DNA of 64,000 bases from Alphaproteobacteria bacterium (GTDB taxonomy: Bacteria > Pseudomonadota > Alphaproteobacteria > CALKHQ01): positions 1,120,001-1,184,000 of the forward strand of contig CBDDFZ010000001.1 of assembly GCA_965227515.1 (NCBI GenBank), read 5' to 3'. The position numbers and the translations under genes were made by a program. Positions 39,314 through 49,328 of the stretch are shown piece after piece (the first letter of the stretch is position 1; each line of letters opens with the position of its first letter). The notes beneath the pieces were generated by a model. That model saw only the letters and a program-made list of their open reading frames with translations, was not told the DNA's origin and ran no database searches.

Positions 39314-39346
39314 AAGGGCCGGCGGGGCAACTTGCCGGCCCTTTTT
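39314..39346 (+). terminator. Rho-independent terminator of carD
   Basis: AAGGGCCGGC-loop-GCCGGCCCTTTTT. Confidence 0.8.
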
Positions 39347-39381
39347 CGTCAGTGGGGCCGAAAGGACCGCCTGAACGCGAG

Positions 39382-39413
39382 AAGCCCTCCCCCGCGTGCG
39401 TGGGGGAGGGCTT
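39382..39413 (-). terminator. Hairpin, probable terminator of the convergent gene
   Basis: AAGCCCTCCCCC-N8-GGGGGAGGGCTT. Confidence 0.55.
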
Positions 39414-39471
39414 ATGCCCGGGCGATTGCGGCGTTGGTCACCCGGTCATATCAGTGTCTTGCGCTAGCGCT

Positions 39472-39801
39472 TTACTCGATCACGAGGGTGTCGTTGGCGC
39501 AGAAGTCGAAGCCGTAGCCGTCCATCTCATAGCCGTCGGCCCAGACGACCAGCACGTCGTAGATGCAGTGGTCGCCGTTGGAGCTCAGCTCATAGACGCC
39601 GCCGGCCGGCAGGATGTCGTTGCCCAGCACGTCGGTGCCCCAGTCGGCGGCATAGTCCGGCGAGATGTAGACGTAGTGGATGTCCATGCCGCTGGCGTTT
39701 TCCAGGGACAGGTTCGACGCGGCCTGGGCGGCGGTGGCAGCGGCCAGCACGCCGGCGGCGGCGATGGTGGCGACGGCGGTATTCCGGATGGTCTTGAACA
39801 T
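39472..39801 (-). CDS. Small exported hypothetical protein
   Basis: Signal peptide ..ATAAQA; N.SG..I..VYISP....WG.DVLG..IL, CIYD..FDFC pattern. Confidence 0.75.
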   Translation of the reverse strand: MFKTIRNTAVATIAAAGVLAAATAAQAASNLSLENASGMDIHYVYISPDYAADWGTDVLGNDILPAGGVYELSSNGDHCIYDVLVVWADGYEMDGYGFDFCANDTLVIE

Positions 39802-39942
39802 GACGGTTGCTCCCGTTTTCCAAATGGCTGCGGGCGTCTCGCCCTGCCGATGAGTTGGATTTGGGAACGCCTGAAACCCCACCCTGTGAACCAGATCACC
39901 GCTGCCGCGATTTCCGGTGAACCGTCGAAGATTCTGGGCGCC

Positions 39943-40497
39943 TTACAGCGCTTCGCCCGCCAGTTCGGCGCGGAGTTGCTCGACCCGCACCTGCGCGCTG
40001 CCAAGCATCGGATAGACCTCGAGCGCCTGCTCATAGGCTTCCAACGCGCCCTCGGGCTCGCCCAGCGCATCGAAGATCATGCCGAGGCCGCTCAGCGCCC
40101 CGAAATGGCGCGGCTCAAGCTCCAGCGTCTTCTGCACGTCGGCGGCTGAGGCCAGGTAGTCGCCCATGTAGAAAAGCACCGTGGCCCGCTTGTTCCAGGC
40201 CTCCGCATAGTCGGGCGCATATTCGATCAGCGCGGTAAAGGCGTCGGCGGCGGACTCCAGGCGATGCTGGCGCATGGCGTCGATGCCGCCCAGCATCATG
40301 ATCTCCGCTTCCTTGTCGTCGGTCGCGATCCACCGCACCCAGATCTCGCGCTCGACCGCCTGCGCCTCGGCGGGGTTTTCCGCCGCCGCCAGCCGATCGA
40401 ACAGGGTGGGCAGTTCCGGGTCGGCTTGGTCGGCCAAGGCCGGCGTGGCCAGCGCCACCACCGCAAGAATGCCCTGAACACGTGCCAAGAAAGTCAT
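39943..40497 (-). CDS. Exported TPR protein
   Basis: PDYAEAWNKRATVLF, LELEPRHFGALSGLG. Confidence 0.85.
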   Translation of the reverse strand: MTFLARVQGILAVVALATPALADQADPELPTLFDRLAAAENPAEAQAVEREIWVRWIATDDKEAEIMMLGGIDAMRQHRLESAADAFTALIEYAPDYAEAWNKRATVLFYMGDYLASAADVQKTLELEPRHFGALSGLGMIFDALGEPEGALEAYEQALEVYPMLGSAQVRVEQLRAELAGEAL

Positions 40498-40559
40498 CGC
40501 CGCTCTCCCGCTAGCTGAGCATGGCTGTGAGCCTACACCCGCCGCCGGCACACACCCGA

Positions 40560-41495
40560 TCACGATGGCGCAATGGCGGTGAGTTCAGCGAGGCGCGCGA
40601 TCACGGCGTCGGGGTCGAGGGTGGCGAGATCGTCGACCCGCATCACCGCGACCGCCGGGCCGCGCGGCGCGATCAGAGCCGGGTCGGACGCGGCGGAGAA
40701 CACCACCAGCGACGGCGCGCCGATGGCTGCCGTGCCGTGCATCGGGCCGGTGTCGTTGCCGACGGCCGCCGCGGCGCCGCGCGCCAGGGCCAGCACCTCG
40801 ACCAGGCTGGTGGCACCGCCGAGGTCGATGGCGTCCGGGCAGTCGCGCCTGACCGCCGAAATCGTCTCCGCCTCCTGCGCGGTGCCGATCAGCACCGGCG
40901 CGATGCCTTGCCCGGCAAGCCAGCGCCCGACGGCAGCGAAGTGTGCCGCGGGCCAGCGCTTCTCCGGCCGGTGCGGGGCGCAGCCGGGCACGATGAGGGC
41001 GTAACGTTCCGGCAGGTCGAATCGCGCGACGTCGGTATCGACCCAGTCGAACGACGGCGCCGGCACGTCGGCGATGCCGCTGAGCGCAAGCTGCGCGCGC
41101 TCCCGGTCCATGATGTGGATCGCGCGGCCGGTGGGCTTGACGTAGCGATGGGTGGCGCCGGCGACGGTGCCGTTCCATTCCGGCCGCCGGCCGACCAGGG
41201 CGCGGAACATGGTGGCGGTGCGGTCGGACCGCTGCAGGTCGTAGACATGGGTCAGCCCGGCGCCGCGCAGCCGGCGGACCAGGCCCAGCCAGGCGCCTGG
41301 TTGGGTGAGCTTCGGCTTCGGGTCGACCCAGACCTCGTCGAACCATCCGGTCGCCTCGATCAGCGGCACGAACGGGCGGGTGGTCAGCATCAACAGGCGC
41401 GCGTCCGGGTGATGGCGCCGGATCGCCTGGAACGGGCCCAGCGACATGATGATGTCGCCCAGCGCCCCATGCTTGATGATCAGGACGGTCTGCAT
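40560..41495 (-). CDS. Glycosyltransferase family 9 (LPS heptosyltransferase-like)
   Basis: IKHGALGD, KRWPAAHFA, VGNDTGPMH. Confidence 0.9.
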   Translation of the reverse strand: MQTVLIIKHGALGDIIMSLGPFQAIRRHHPDARLLMLTTRPFVPLIEATGWFDEVWVDPKPKLTQPGAWLGLVRRLRGAGLTHVYDLQRSDRTATMFRALVGRRPEWNGTVAGATHRYVKPTGRAIHIMDRERAQLALSGIADVPAPSFDWVDTDVARFDLPERYALIVPGCAPHRPEKRWPAAHFAAVGRWLAGQGIAPVLIGTAQEAETISAVRRDCPDAIDLGGATSLVEVLALARGAAAAVGNDTGPMHGTAAIGAPSLVVFSAASDPALIAPRGPAVAVMRVDDLATLDPDAVIARLAELTAIAPS

Positions 41496-41610
41496 GGCGC
41501 CACTTACACGCCGGTTGTGCAACACGGCAACGCCTGTGCGCAAAATTTGCCGGGCCGCGCCGAAATGAACTACATCAACGGGGAGGCAATCACTCGACGT
41601 CGCGGAGTCG

Positions 41611-42423
41611 ATGGACGCACACGGTCAGGATAGCGCAACCGGCGATGACGCACGGCCGCACGCGGTCGAGAGCGAGATCACCCTGTCGGCGCTGGTGGTG
41701 GCGCACAACGAGGAAGACAACCTCGATGAGTGCCTGGGCGCACTGAGTTTCGCAGACGAACTGGTGGTGGTGCTGGACCGCTGCACCGACCGCTCGGCGG
41801 AGATTGCGGGGCGCTACACCGACCGCCTGATCGAAGGCGGCTGGGAGATCGAGGGCGACCGCCGCAACACCGGCATCGATGCCTGCAAGGGCGCCTGGAT
41901 CCTGGAGGTCGATGCCGACGAACGGGTCTCCAAGGCGCTGGCGGACGAGATCGTCGGCGTCATCCGCCAGGCCCCATACGGCTATTTCCTGATCCCGTTC
42001 GACAACTATGTCGGCGGGCGGCTGGTACGCTATGGCTGGGGCGCGCAGTTCGGCGTGGGGGCGGCGGTGCGCCTGTTCGCGCGCGGCGCCAAGCGCTGGG
42101 GCCGGCAGCGGGTGCATCCGAAGCTGGACCTGAAGGGCCAGCGCATGACGCTGGAAAACCGGATGGACCACTATGTCGACGACAGCATCTCCGACATGCT
42201 GCGCCGGCTCGACAACTACACCACGCTGGCCGCCCAGGACATGCGCGACACCGGGCTCAAAGGCTCGCTGTTCCACAACGCGCGGCGCATCTTCTCCCGT
42301 TTCTACAAGTGCTATGTCGCGCGGCGGGGCTACCGCGAGGGCAAGTACGGCTTCCTGATCGCGCTGATGGCCGGCCTCTACCCGATCCTCACCTACCTGA
42401 AGGCCCATCTGGAAGACGAGTGA
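41611..42423 (+). CDS. Glycosyltransferase family 2 (KdtX/WaaE-like)
   Basis: VVAHNEEDNL, DRCTDRS, WILEVDADERV, GYREGKYGF. Confidence 0.88.
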   Translation: MDAHGQDSATGDDARPHAVESEITLSALVVAHNEEDNLDECLGALSFADELVVVLDRCTDRSAEIAGRYTDRLIEGGWEIEGDRRNTGIDACKGAWILEVDADERVSKALADEIVGVIRQAPYGYFLIPFDNYVGGRLVRYGWGAQFGVGAAVRLFARGAKRWGRQRVHPKLDLKGQRMTLENRMDHYVDDSISDMLRRLDNYTTLAAQDMRDTGLKGSLFHNARRIFSRFYKCYVARRGYREGKYGFLIALMAGLYPILTYLKAHLEDE

Positions 42424-42436
42424 TCGGAAGCGTGAC

Positions 42437-43525
42437 GTGATCCGGTTGATGCAGGTGATGGCGGGCGCGCCGAACGGCGGCGCGGAGGCCTTCTTCGTGC
42501 GTCTGGCGGGGGCGTTTCAGCGCCGTGCCGGCGACCTGGACCTGGCGCAACAGGTGGTGATCCGCCGCCATCCGGCGCGGGCCGCGGCATTGCGCGCGGC
42601 TGGCGCCAGCGTGGCGGAACTCGGCTTCGGCGGCGGCATCGATATCTGGACCGCGCGGCGCCTGCGCCGGCTGGCCGCCGATTTCCGCCCCGACATCGTG
42701 CTCGCCTGGATGAGCCGTGCCGCCGACCATTGCCGCCGCGCGATGTTGGAGCAAGCGCCAAAACCCTTACTCATGGCGCGGCTCGGCGGCTACTACGACC
42801 TGAAGCACTACAAGGGCTTCGACCACCTGGTCGGCAACACCCGCGAGATCGTGGACTGGATCGTGGGCCAGGGCTGGCCGGCCGAGCGCGCCCACTACCT
42901 GCCGAACTTCGTCACCGCGACGCCGGACCCGCCGCTGCCGCGCGCCACCTTCGACACATCGGAGGGCGTGCCGCTGCTGCTGGCGCTGGGCCGGCTGCAC
43001 GAGAACAAGGCGTTCGATGTGGCCCTGCGTGCGCTGGCCCAGGTGCCCGATGCGCATCTGTGGCTGGTGGGTGAGGGCCCGCTGCGCGCCGACCTGGAGC
43101 GGCTGGCGCAATCGCTCGGTGTGGCCGACCGGGTGCGGATGCCCGGCTGGCGCGACGACATGCCCGCACTGATGGCCGCCGCCGACATCGCCATCTGCCC
43201 CTCGCGCCTGGAACCGCTGGGCAATGTGGTGCTGGAAGCGTGGGCGCACGGCCGCCCCATTGTCGCTGCCGCATCCGCCGGGCCGGCAGCGCTGATCGAC
43301 GATGGCCGGACCGGCCTGCTGGTGCCGGTGGAAGACGCCGACGCGCTGGCCGCCGCCATCCAGCGCCTGATCGCGGAACCCGACTGCGGCCGCGTGCTGG
43401 TCGATGCCGGCCGCGCCCACTATGACGCCAACTTCACCGAGGAGGCGGTGGTGGGGCAGTACATGGACCTGTTTCGCGCGGTGACCGCCGACCGTGCGAC
43501 AAGCGCCGTGCGGGAGCGCGGCTGA
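42437..43525 (+). CDS. Glycosyltransferase family 4
   Basis: GGAEAFF, LGRLHENKAFD, PSRLEPLGNVVLEAWA. Confidence 0.9.
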   Translation: MIRLMQVMAGAPNGGAEAFFVRLAGAFQRRAGDLDLAQQVVIRRHPARAAALRAAGASVAELGFGGGIDIWTARRLRRLAADFRPDIVLAWMSRAADHCRRAMLEQAPKPLLMARLGGYYDLKHYKGFDHLVGNTREIVDWIVGQGWPAERAHYLPNFVTATPDPPLPRATFDTSEGVPLLLALGRLHENKAFDVALRALAQVPDAHLWLVGEGPLRADLERLAQSLGVADRVRMPGWRDDMPALMAAADIAICPSRLEPLGNVVLEAWAHGRPIVAAASAGPAALIDDGRTGLLVPVEDADALAAAIQRLIAEPDCGRVLVDAGRAHYDANFTEEAVVGQYMDLFRAVTADRATSAVRERG

Positions 43526-45297
43526 TGTGCGGCATCGCCGGCGTGATGATGACGGCGGACGATCCGCCCGAGCCGGATGTGCTGACCGCGCTGGCCGATG
43601 CGCTGGCGCATCGCGGGCCGGACGGACGCGGCACCTATCGCCAGGACCAGGTGGCGATGGCGCAGACCCGCCTCGCCATCATCGACCTCGCCACCGGCGA
43701 CCAGCCGATCAAGGGCGTCAACGGCCAGGTCCTGGTCGGCAATGGCGAGATCTACAACTACATCGAGCTGCGCCAGGAGCTGGCGGGCGCCACCTTCAAC
43801 ACCAAGTCGGATTGCGAGCCGCCGGTCCTGCTCTACAACCGCGACGGGCCGGCCTTCGCCGACAATCTGCGCGGCATGTACGCATTGGCGATCCACGACC
43901 CGGTCGCCGGGCGGCTGGTCCTGTCGCGCGATCCGTTCGGCATCAAGCCGCTCTACTACACCGAGATGCCGAAGGGCTTCGCCTTCGCGTCAGAGCCGCA
44001 GGCCCTGGTCGCGGCCGGCCTGGTCGAGCCGCGCGAGGACCCGGTGGCGCGCGCCGAGCTGCTGCAGATGCAGTTCAGCACCGGCCCGAACACGCCGTTC
44101 GCCGGCATCAAGCGGCTGCAGCCGGGCGAAACGGTGGTCGTCATCGGCGGGCGCATCCTGGAGCGGACCCGCCGCCATGCGCTGCCAACCACGGCCGCGC
44201 CGCCGACCGATGAGGCGACGGCGCTGAAGACGCTGGACCGGCTGCTGACCGAGAGCGTCGACCTGCACCAGCGCTCCGACGTGCCCTATGGCATGTTCCT
44301 GTCCGGCGGCATCGACAGTTCGGCGATCCTGGCCCTGATGGCACGGCTGAACGACCAGCCGGTGCGCGCGTTCACCGCCGGCTTCGTCGGCAACGAGGTC
44401 CACGACGAGCGGGCGCACGCGCGGGTCGTCGCCAGGGCGGTGGGGGCGGAGCATATCGAGGTCGAGGTCGGCGAGGCAGACTTCTGGGCCACGCTGCCCC
44501 GCATCGCCGCGGCGCTGGACGATCCGGTGGCCGACTATGCGGTGGTGCCGACCTTCAAGCTGGCCGAGGCCGCCAGCCAGGAGTTGAAGGTGGTGTTGTG
44601 CGGCGAGGGCGGCGACGAGCTGTTCGCCGGCTATGGCCGCTACCGCAGCGCGGTGCGCTCGTGGCTGTGGGGCGGGCGGGGCATGCGGGTGCGCGGCATG
44701 TTCGACGACATGGGCATCATCCGGGGCGCATTGTCGGGCTGGCGCGACGGTGTGGACGCCGCCGAGGCGACGGCATCGGGCAATGCCGGCTACTCGCGCC
44801 TGCAGATTGCCCAGGCGGTCGATTGCGCCGACTGGCTGCCCAACGACCTGTTGACCAAGGTCGACCGCTGCCTGATGGCGCACGGCCTGGAGGGCCGCGT
44901 ACCGCTACTGGATACGGAGGTCGGCGCCTTCGCCTTCAGCCTGCCCGACAAGCTGAAGGTGCGCGGCCGCACCGGCAAGTGGTTGTTGCGCCAGTGGCTG
45001 CACGAGGCGCTGCCAGAGGCCGAGGCCTTCACCAAGAAACGCGGCTTCTCGGTGCCGGTGGCGCACTGGATCCATGGCCGCGGCGCGCAACTCGGCCCGC
45101 TGGTGGCCGATCAGGCGGGGGTCGCCGCCATCGCCCACCGCGACCAGGTGGTGAAGCTGTTCCTCAGCGACGACAAGCGCCACGGCTTCGCCGCCTGGAC
45201 GCTGTTGTTCTATGCCCTCTGGCACCAGCGCCACATGCTGGGGCGCGACCCCGGCGATGGCGACGTGTTCGACGTGCTGAGCCAGAAGTCTGGCTAA
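43525..45297 (+). CDS. asnB: Asparagine synthase-like glutamine amidotransferase
   Basis: MCGIAG, HRGPDG, NGEIYNY, FLSGGIDSS, GEGGDELFAGY. Confidence 0.93.
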   Translation: MCGIAGVMMTADDPPEPDVLTALADALAHRGPDGRGTYRQDQVAMAQTRLAIIDLATGDQPIKGVNGQVLVGNGEIYNYIELRQELAGATFNTKSDCEPPVLLYNRDGPAFADNLRGMYALAIHDPVAGRLVLSRDPFGIKPLYYTEMPKGFAFASEPQALVAAGLVEPREDPVARAELLQMQFSTGPNTPFAGIKRLQPGETVVVIGGRILERTRRHALPTTAAPPTDEATALKTLDRLLTESVDLHQRSDVPYGMFLSGGIDSSAILALMARLNDQPVRAFTAGFVGNEVHDERAHARVVARAVGAEHIEVEVGEADFWATLPRIAAALDDPVADYAVVPTFKLAEAASQELKVVLCGEGGDELFAGYGRYRSAVRSWLWGGRGMRVRGMFDDMGIIRGALSGWRDGVDAAEATASGNAGYSRLQIAQAVDCADWLPNDLLTKVDRCLMAHGLEGRVPLLDTEVGAFAFSLPDKLKVRGRTGKWLLRQWLHEALPEAEAFTKKRGFSVPVAHWIHGRGAQLGPLVADQAGVAAIAHRDQVVKLFLSDDKRHGFAAWTLLFYALWHQRHMLGRDPGDGDVFDVLSQKSG

Positions 45298-45299
45298 AG

Positions 45300-45340
45300 T
45301 AAGCCGGCACCGGCCCTGAGCGAAAGCTGATCGCGGTCTG
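45300..45340 (-). repeat. Core-deleted scar of the dispersed hairpin element
   Basis: TAAGCCGGCACCGGCCCT joined directly to GAGCGAAAGCTGATCGCGGTCT, matching the two ends of copy B. Confidence 0.7.
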
Positions 45341-45397
45341 GCAGGCAGCTAAAAAACGCCGGATAGGCCGCGCAGACCGGCGGCAGGGGCGCCAGGC

Positions 45398-45706
45398 TCA
45401 GTCGTAGGGCGCGAAACAGCCGCGCACGGCTTGCAGGATGCCCGGGTAGGTCGTTTCGACCATTTCGAACGACCGTGGCTCGAACCCGTCTTCGGCGATC
45501 CGCGTCTTGTCGTCCTCGCTCATCGGCGACATGGCGTCGATGGCGCACTCGCAGCCGATCTCGGCCGCCTGCGGGACTTCGGCAATCTCGGCATTGGACC
45601 GGCACGCCGCCAGGGCCGCGTCATCCGCGGGCGTGGCAAGGGCGCCGGATATCGTGGCCCCGATCAGGGCAATCGTGAGTGCCGGGACGGCAATGGCATG
45701 TCGCAT
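45398..45706 (-). CDS. Small exported four-Cys hypothetical protein
   Basis: Signal peptide; C..CEC..C pattern. Confidence 0.6.
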   Translation of the reverse strand: MRHAIAVPALTIALIGATISGALATPADDAALAACRSNAEIAEVPQAAEIGCECAIDAMSPMSEDDKTRIAEDGFEPRSFEMVETTYPGILQAVRGCFAPYD

Positions 45707-45831
45707 GTCTGGACCGACCTTCATGGTGGTGGCTGGCATGGTGTGGCATGGCGGTTAGACGCAGCCATTGTGGCAATAGCGTGATGACACGGCGGTTGGC
45801 GCGATAGCGATCTCCGAGCATAGTCGCCGGC

Positions 45832-46380
45832 ATGGACACTGCGACAGCACTGATCATTGTCGATGTACAACATGCCATTGACGATCCGGTCTGGGGGCGT
45901 CGAAGCCAGCCGGACATGGAATCCAACCTTGCAAGCCTTCTGCGTGCGTGGCGGTTGAACGGTTGGCCGGTCGTGCATGTTCGCCATGATTCGACCGAGC
46001 CGTCATCGACCTACCGGCCGGGCCAGCCGGGCAATGCTTTCAAGCCCGAGGTCGCGCCGCTGAACGGCGAAGCGATTATTGCCAAGCGCACCAACAGCGC
46101 CTTCATCGGCACGGACCTGGAGCCATGGTTACGCGGGCGCGAGATCGGCAATCTCGTCATTTGCGGCGTGCTGATCGAGAACTCCGTCGATGCCACGGTG
46201 CGGGTTGCCGCAAACCTGGGGTTCTCGGTCATGGTGCCGGCGGATGGCGTTGCCGCGGTAGACCGTGTCGACCGCAATGGGCGGCGCTGGCCAGCCGAGG
46301 ACGTGCAGGCGCTGTGGCTATCGGTCCTGGATGGCGAGTATGCCACCGTCGCTACGACCGCCGACCTGTTGGCGTCCTGA
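45832..46380 (+). CDS. Isochorismatase-like hydrolase
   Basis: ALIIVDVQ, KRTNSAFIGTDL, ENSVDATVR. Confidence 0.88.
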   Translation: MDTATALIIVDVQHAIDDPVWGRRSQPDMESNLASLLRAWRLNGWPVVHVRHDSTEPSSTYRPGQPGNAFKPEVAPLNGEAIIAKRTNSAFIGTDLEPWLRGREIGNLVICGVLIENSVDATVRVAANLGFSVMVPADGVAAVDRVDRNGRRWPAEDVQALWLSVLDGEYATVATTADLLAS

Positions 46381-46401
46381 GCGCAATGACGGCAATAGGG
46401 G

Positions 46402-47475
46402 TCAAGAACGGCCGAGCCACGTAATCCGCCGAATGTGCGCATCGGCGCGGGCCAGCTCAACGGGCGGATATGCCCGGCCGCGATCATAGGCATGCACGTG
46501 CAGCGCGGCATAGCTGCCCATGAACGGCTCGAACGCGATGCGCAGGACCGGCCGGCGCCGCGACAGGTTGATCAGCAGGCGGGTGAACGCGCGCCTGCGA
46601 TCCTTCGGGAACTGATACAATACGATCGTATGCATCACACAGACCGGTGCCCGGCCGGGGGTTATCAGTGCGGGCAGGGCGGCCATGGCGTCTGCGGCCA
46701 TGATCTCCGGCGGATCGCGGCGCGCGATCTCCAGCGCTGCATGGAGGGTGTGGCGGCGGGAGGTCTCCTCCGGCCAGACCAGGGCGCGCAGCCAGCGCCG
46801 GTCGTCGGCGTCGCGCACGTCGAGGGGGGCGAGGTCGATGCCGATCCGCCGGCCCACCGGAACCGGCCCATCGGGCGGGATCGCGCGGCTGCCGCGCAGC
46901 CGCGGTGAGATCCGCACCGGGGAGGCCGGGTCGCCCATGCGGCCGCGATGGCCGAAATCGTAGCCAAACCTGTCCCAGAGCTGGTTGAGCCCGGCACTGG
47001 TGCCGACCTCGATGACATCGATCGGCGCGACACCCAGCGCGCCCCCCAACAAGCCCTGGGCCCGCAACCACTGGAAGGCGAGATAGAGCACAGCGCTGCG
47101 CCGTGCCTCGTTGGTCGAGACCCTGCGCCTGGCCACCAGCTCCGCCAACGGCGCGCGGTGCACGCGGCAGAAATCCGCGAAGTCGCCGGCCGTTTCGGGG
47201 CCGAAGCGGCCACCGTCGCTCAGGTCCGGGAACGACCGGCGCAAGGGGTGGTCCGTGCCATCCAGCAGCAGCGCGTGAATGGCGCTGAGCAGGATGTTGG
47301 CGGGCGGCTGGCCGGGCTGGCGGCCGGCCAGTATCTCCAGCGCGACCGGGTCGTCGGCCGCGCAGGCCGCGAGTTGCGCATAGAGCGGTGACAAGCTCGG
47401 CGCCTCGCGGGTGGCGAAGCGCCGCAGCCTGGCAACCGTATCCGTATGGGTTGGCGTGTCGGTATCGGCGGTCAT
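46402..47475 (-). CDS. DUF2332 family protein
   Basis: SPLYAQL, TNEARRSA, EVGTSAGLN, GIDLAPLD, LRALVWPE. Confidence 0.8.
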   Translation of the reverse strand: MTADTDTPTHTDTVARLRRFATREAPSLSPLYAQLAACAADDPVALEILAGRQPGQPPANILLSAIHALLLDGTDHPLRRSFPDLSDGGRFGPETAGDFADFCRVHRAPLAELVARRRVSTNEARRSAVLYLAFQWLRAQGLLGGALGVAPIDVIEVGTSAGLNQLWDRFGYDFGHRGRMGDPASPVRISPRLRGSRAIPPDGPVPVGRRIGIDLAPLDVRDADDRRWLRALVWPEETSRRHTLHAALEIARRDPPEIMAADAMAALPALITPGRAPVCVMHTIVLYQFPKDRRRAFTRLLINLSRRRPVLRIAFEPFMGSYAALHVHAYDRGRAYPPVELARADAHIRRITWLGRS

Positions 47476-47537
47476 TGTGCGCCGCAGCATAGAGCCGCGG
47501 CGCCGGAAGTCACGTCCTTCTGGCCGGACGTCAGGCC

Positions 47538-47924
47538 CTACTGGACTGCGCCCGCGAAGGCGATGACCTGTTCCTGCTTGGTGTCGCCGGCGACGGCCAC
47601 CGTCATGGTCTCGGTCTCGCCCTGGAAGGTTGCGCTCACGTCGTAGCTGCCGCCCGGCAGGTCGACCAGCACCCACGGGCCGCCGCAGATCACGTCGACC
47701 ACGACCTCGCCGTTGGCATCGGTGATTTCGGTATGCACATCGGCCACGAAGTCGCCGTTCTGCTGCGCGTACACCAGCTTCAGCGTGTAGTCCGCGGTCT
47801 CCGCTTCCGCGCGGGCCTCCGCCCCGACGCCCGAGCAGATCGGCTCCTGGGCGAAGGCGCCGGCAGTGCCAGCCATCAGGACAGTCAGCGCCGCCGCGGC
47901 GCCGTGCAATCTTGCCAGTCTCAT
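47538..47924 (-). CDS. Exported carboxypeptidase-regulatory-like (beta-sandwich) protein
   Basis: Signal peptide; SGVGAEAR, GPWVLVDLPGGSYDVSA. Confidence 0.72.
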   Translation of the reverse strand: MRLARLHGAAAALTVLMAGTAGAFAQEPICSGVGAEARAEAETADYTLKLVYAQQNGDFVADVHTEITDANGEVVVDVICGGPWVLVDLPGGSYDVSATFQGETETMTVAVAGDTKQEQVIAFAGAVQ

Positions 47925-48178
47925 TGCTCATCTCCTTGATGTGCAGGTGATGTCGGAACACATGGGTTGCGCCGCGGGTTCCGTCATCTTGCAATTGTGT
48001 CATCCGGCGGAACGTCGGCATTTGGCCGCATGCAACAGGCTTGTCCCGCAACGCGCCACCGCATAATGTGAAGGCAGGGTGGCAATTGGGGTTGCCGCCT
48101 TTTTGTTCAATCGGCGCGATGGCGCCGCCACAAGCCCGGACGGCATTGCACTGGCCGGGCGGTTGGGGAGGATTAGGA

Positions 48179-49204
48179 ATGAAGTTGCATACGACTGCGC
48201 TCAGCGGTGCGCTGGGCCTTGCTATCGCCGCTGCGTTCGGCGCCTCGGCCCAGGCCCAGGAATTCACCCTGCGCATCCAGACGCACTATGCGCCGGAGAC
48301 CCCGTCGGGTCAGCTGGCCCAGCAGTTCGTCGACGACGTCGAGCTGATGTCGGGCGGCCGCCTGGACATCGAGATGTTCTTCTCGTCGTCGGTCGTCGGC
48401 TCGGTCGAGACCTTCGACGCCGCGGCCACCGGCATCCTTGACGGCGACATGACCGGCGGTGCCTACCAGACCGGCAAGAACCCGGCGTTCCAGTTCGTCG
48501 GCGACATCATGGGCGGCTACGACACCCCGTGGCAGCAATATGCCTGGCTGTACTACGGCGGCGGCTACGACGCGGCCAACGAACTGTACAACCAGTTCAA
48601 CATGCAGCTGATCGGCTGGTGGGTGTACGGCCAGGAATCGCTGTCCTCGTCGGCGCCGCTGGCCGGACCGGAGGACCTGGTCGACTGGAAGTTCCGCTCG
48701 CCTCCGGGCCTTGAGACCGAGATCTTCGCCGAGCTTGGCGCCAGCCCGATCGTGATGGACTTCACCGAGATCTTCACCGCGCTGGAGACCGGCATCATCG
48801 ACGGTGCCGATGCCTCCGGGCTCGCCAACAACGTCGGCCTGGGCCTCTATGACCTGGTCGATCACGCGACCTTCCCCGGCTTCCACTCGATGCCGTCGGA
48901 CCATCTGGCCATCCGCAAGGACGCCTGGGACGCGTTGCCGGCCGACATCCAGCGCATCATCGAGGTCGCCATGCAGAAGCTGGCGTTCCAGACCGCGCTG
49001 ACGTTCGAGGTCAAGAACAACGAGGCCGCGGCGCAACTGGTCGCACAGGGCGTCACCCTGCACGACTGGTCGGCAGAGGATCGCCGGTCGTTCCGCGAGG
49101 CCGCGCAGGCCATGTGGCAGGTGTGGGCCGACAAGACCCCGGAAGCGCGGGCGCTGGTCGACAGCCACATCGAGTTCATGACCACGCTGGGCCTGATCCA
49201 GTAA
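48179..49204 (+). CDS. dctP: TRAP transporter substrate-binding protein
   Basis: Signal peptide, MSGGRLDIEMF, KFRSPPG, EIFTALETGIIDGAD. Confidence 0.92.
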   Translation: MKLHTTALSGALGLAIAAAFGASAQAQEFTLRIQTHYAPETPSGQLAQQFVDDVELMSGGRLDIEMFFSSSVVGSVETFDAAATGILDGDMTGGAYQTGKNPAFQFVGDIMGGYDTPWQQYAWLYYGGGYDAANELYNQFNMQLIGWWVYGQESLSSSAPLAGPEDLVDWKFRSPPGLETEIFAELGASPIVMDFTEIFTALETGIIDGADASGLANNVGLGLYDLVDHATFPGFHSMPSDHLAIRKDAWDALPADIQRIIEVAMQKLAFQTALTFEVKNNEAAAQLVAQGVTLHDWSAEDRRSFREAAQAMWQVWADKTPEARALVDSHIEFMTTLGLIQ

Positions 49205-49328
49205 CCCATCGGACATGACCCTGGTTGGGCGGGCCCGCCGGCGCTGATGCCGGCGGGCGCGTTCATACTTGCTCCGGTGCTGCCCGTGCGATTGACGGCA
49301 CGGGACGCCAGGCTGAGGGAGACGCCCG

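Noticed and set aside
47476-48276. N-terminal extension of ORF 46402..48276
   Set aside because: Overlaps two better-supported genes; DUF2332 similarity starts near 47475.
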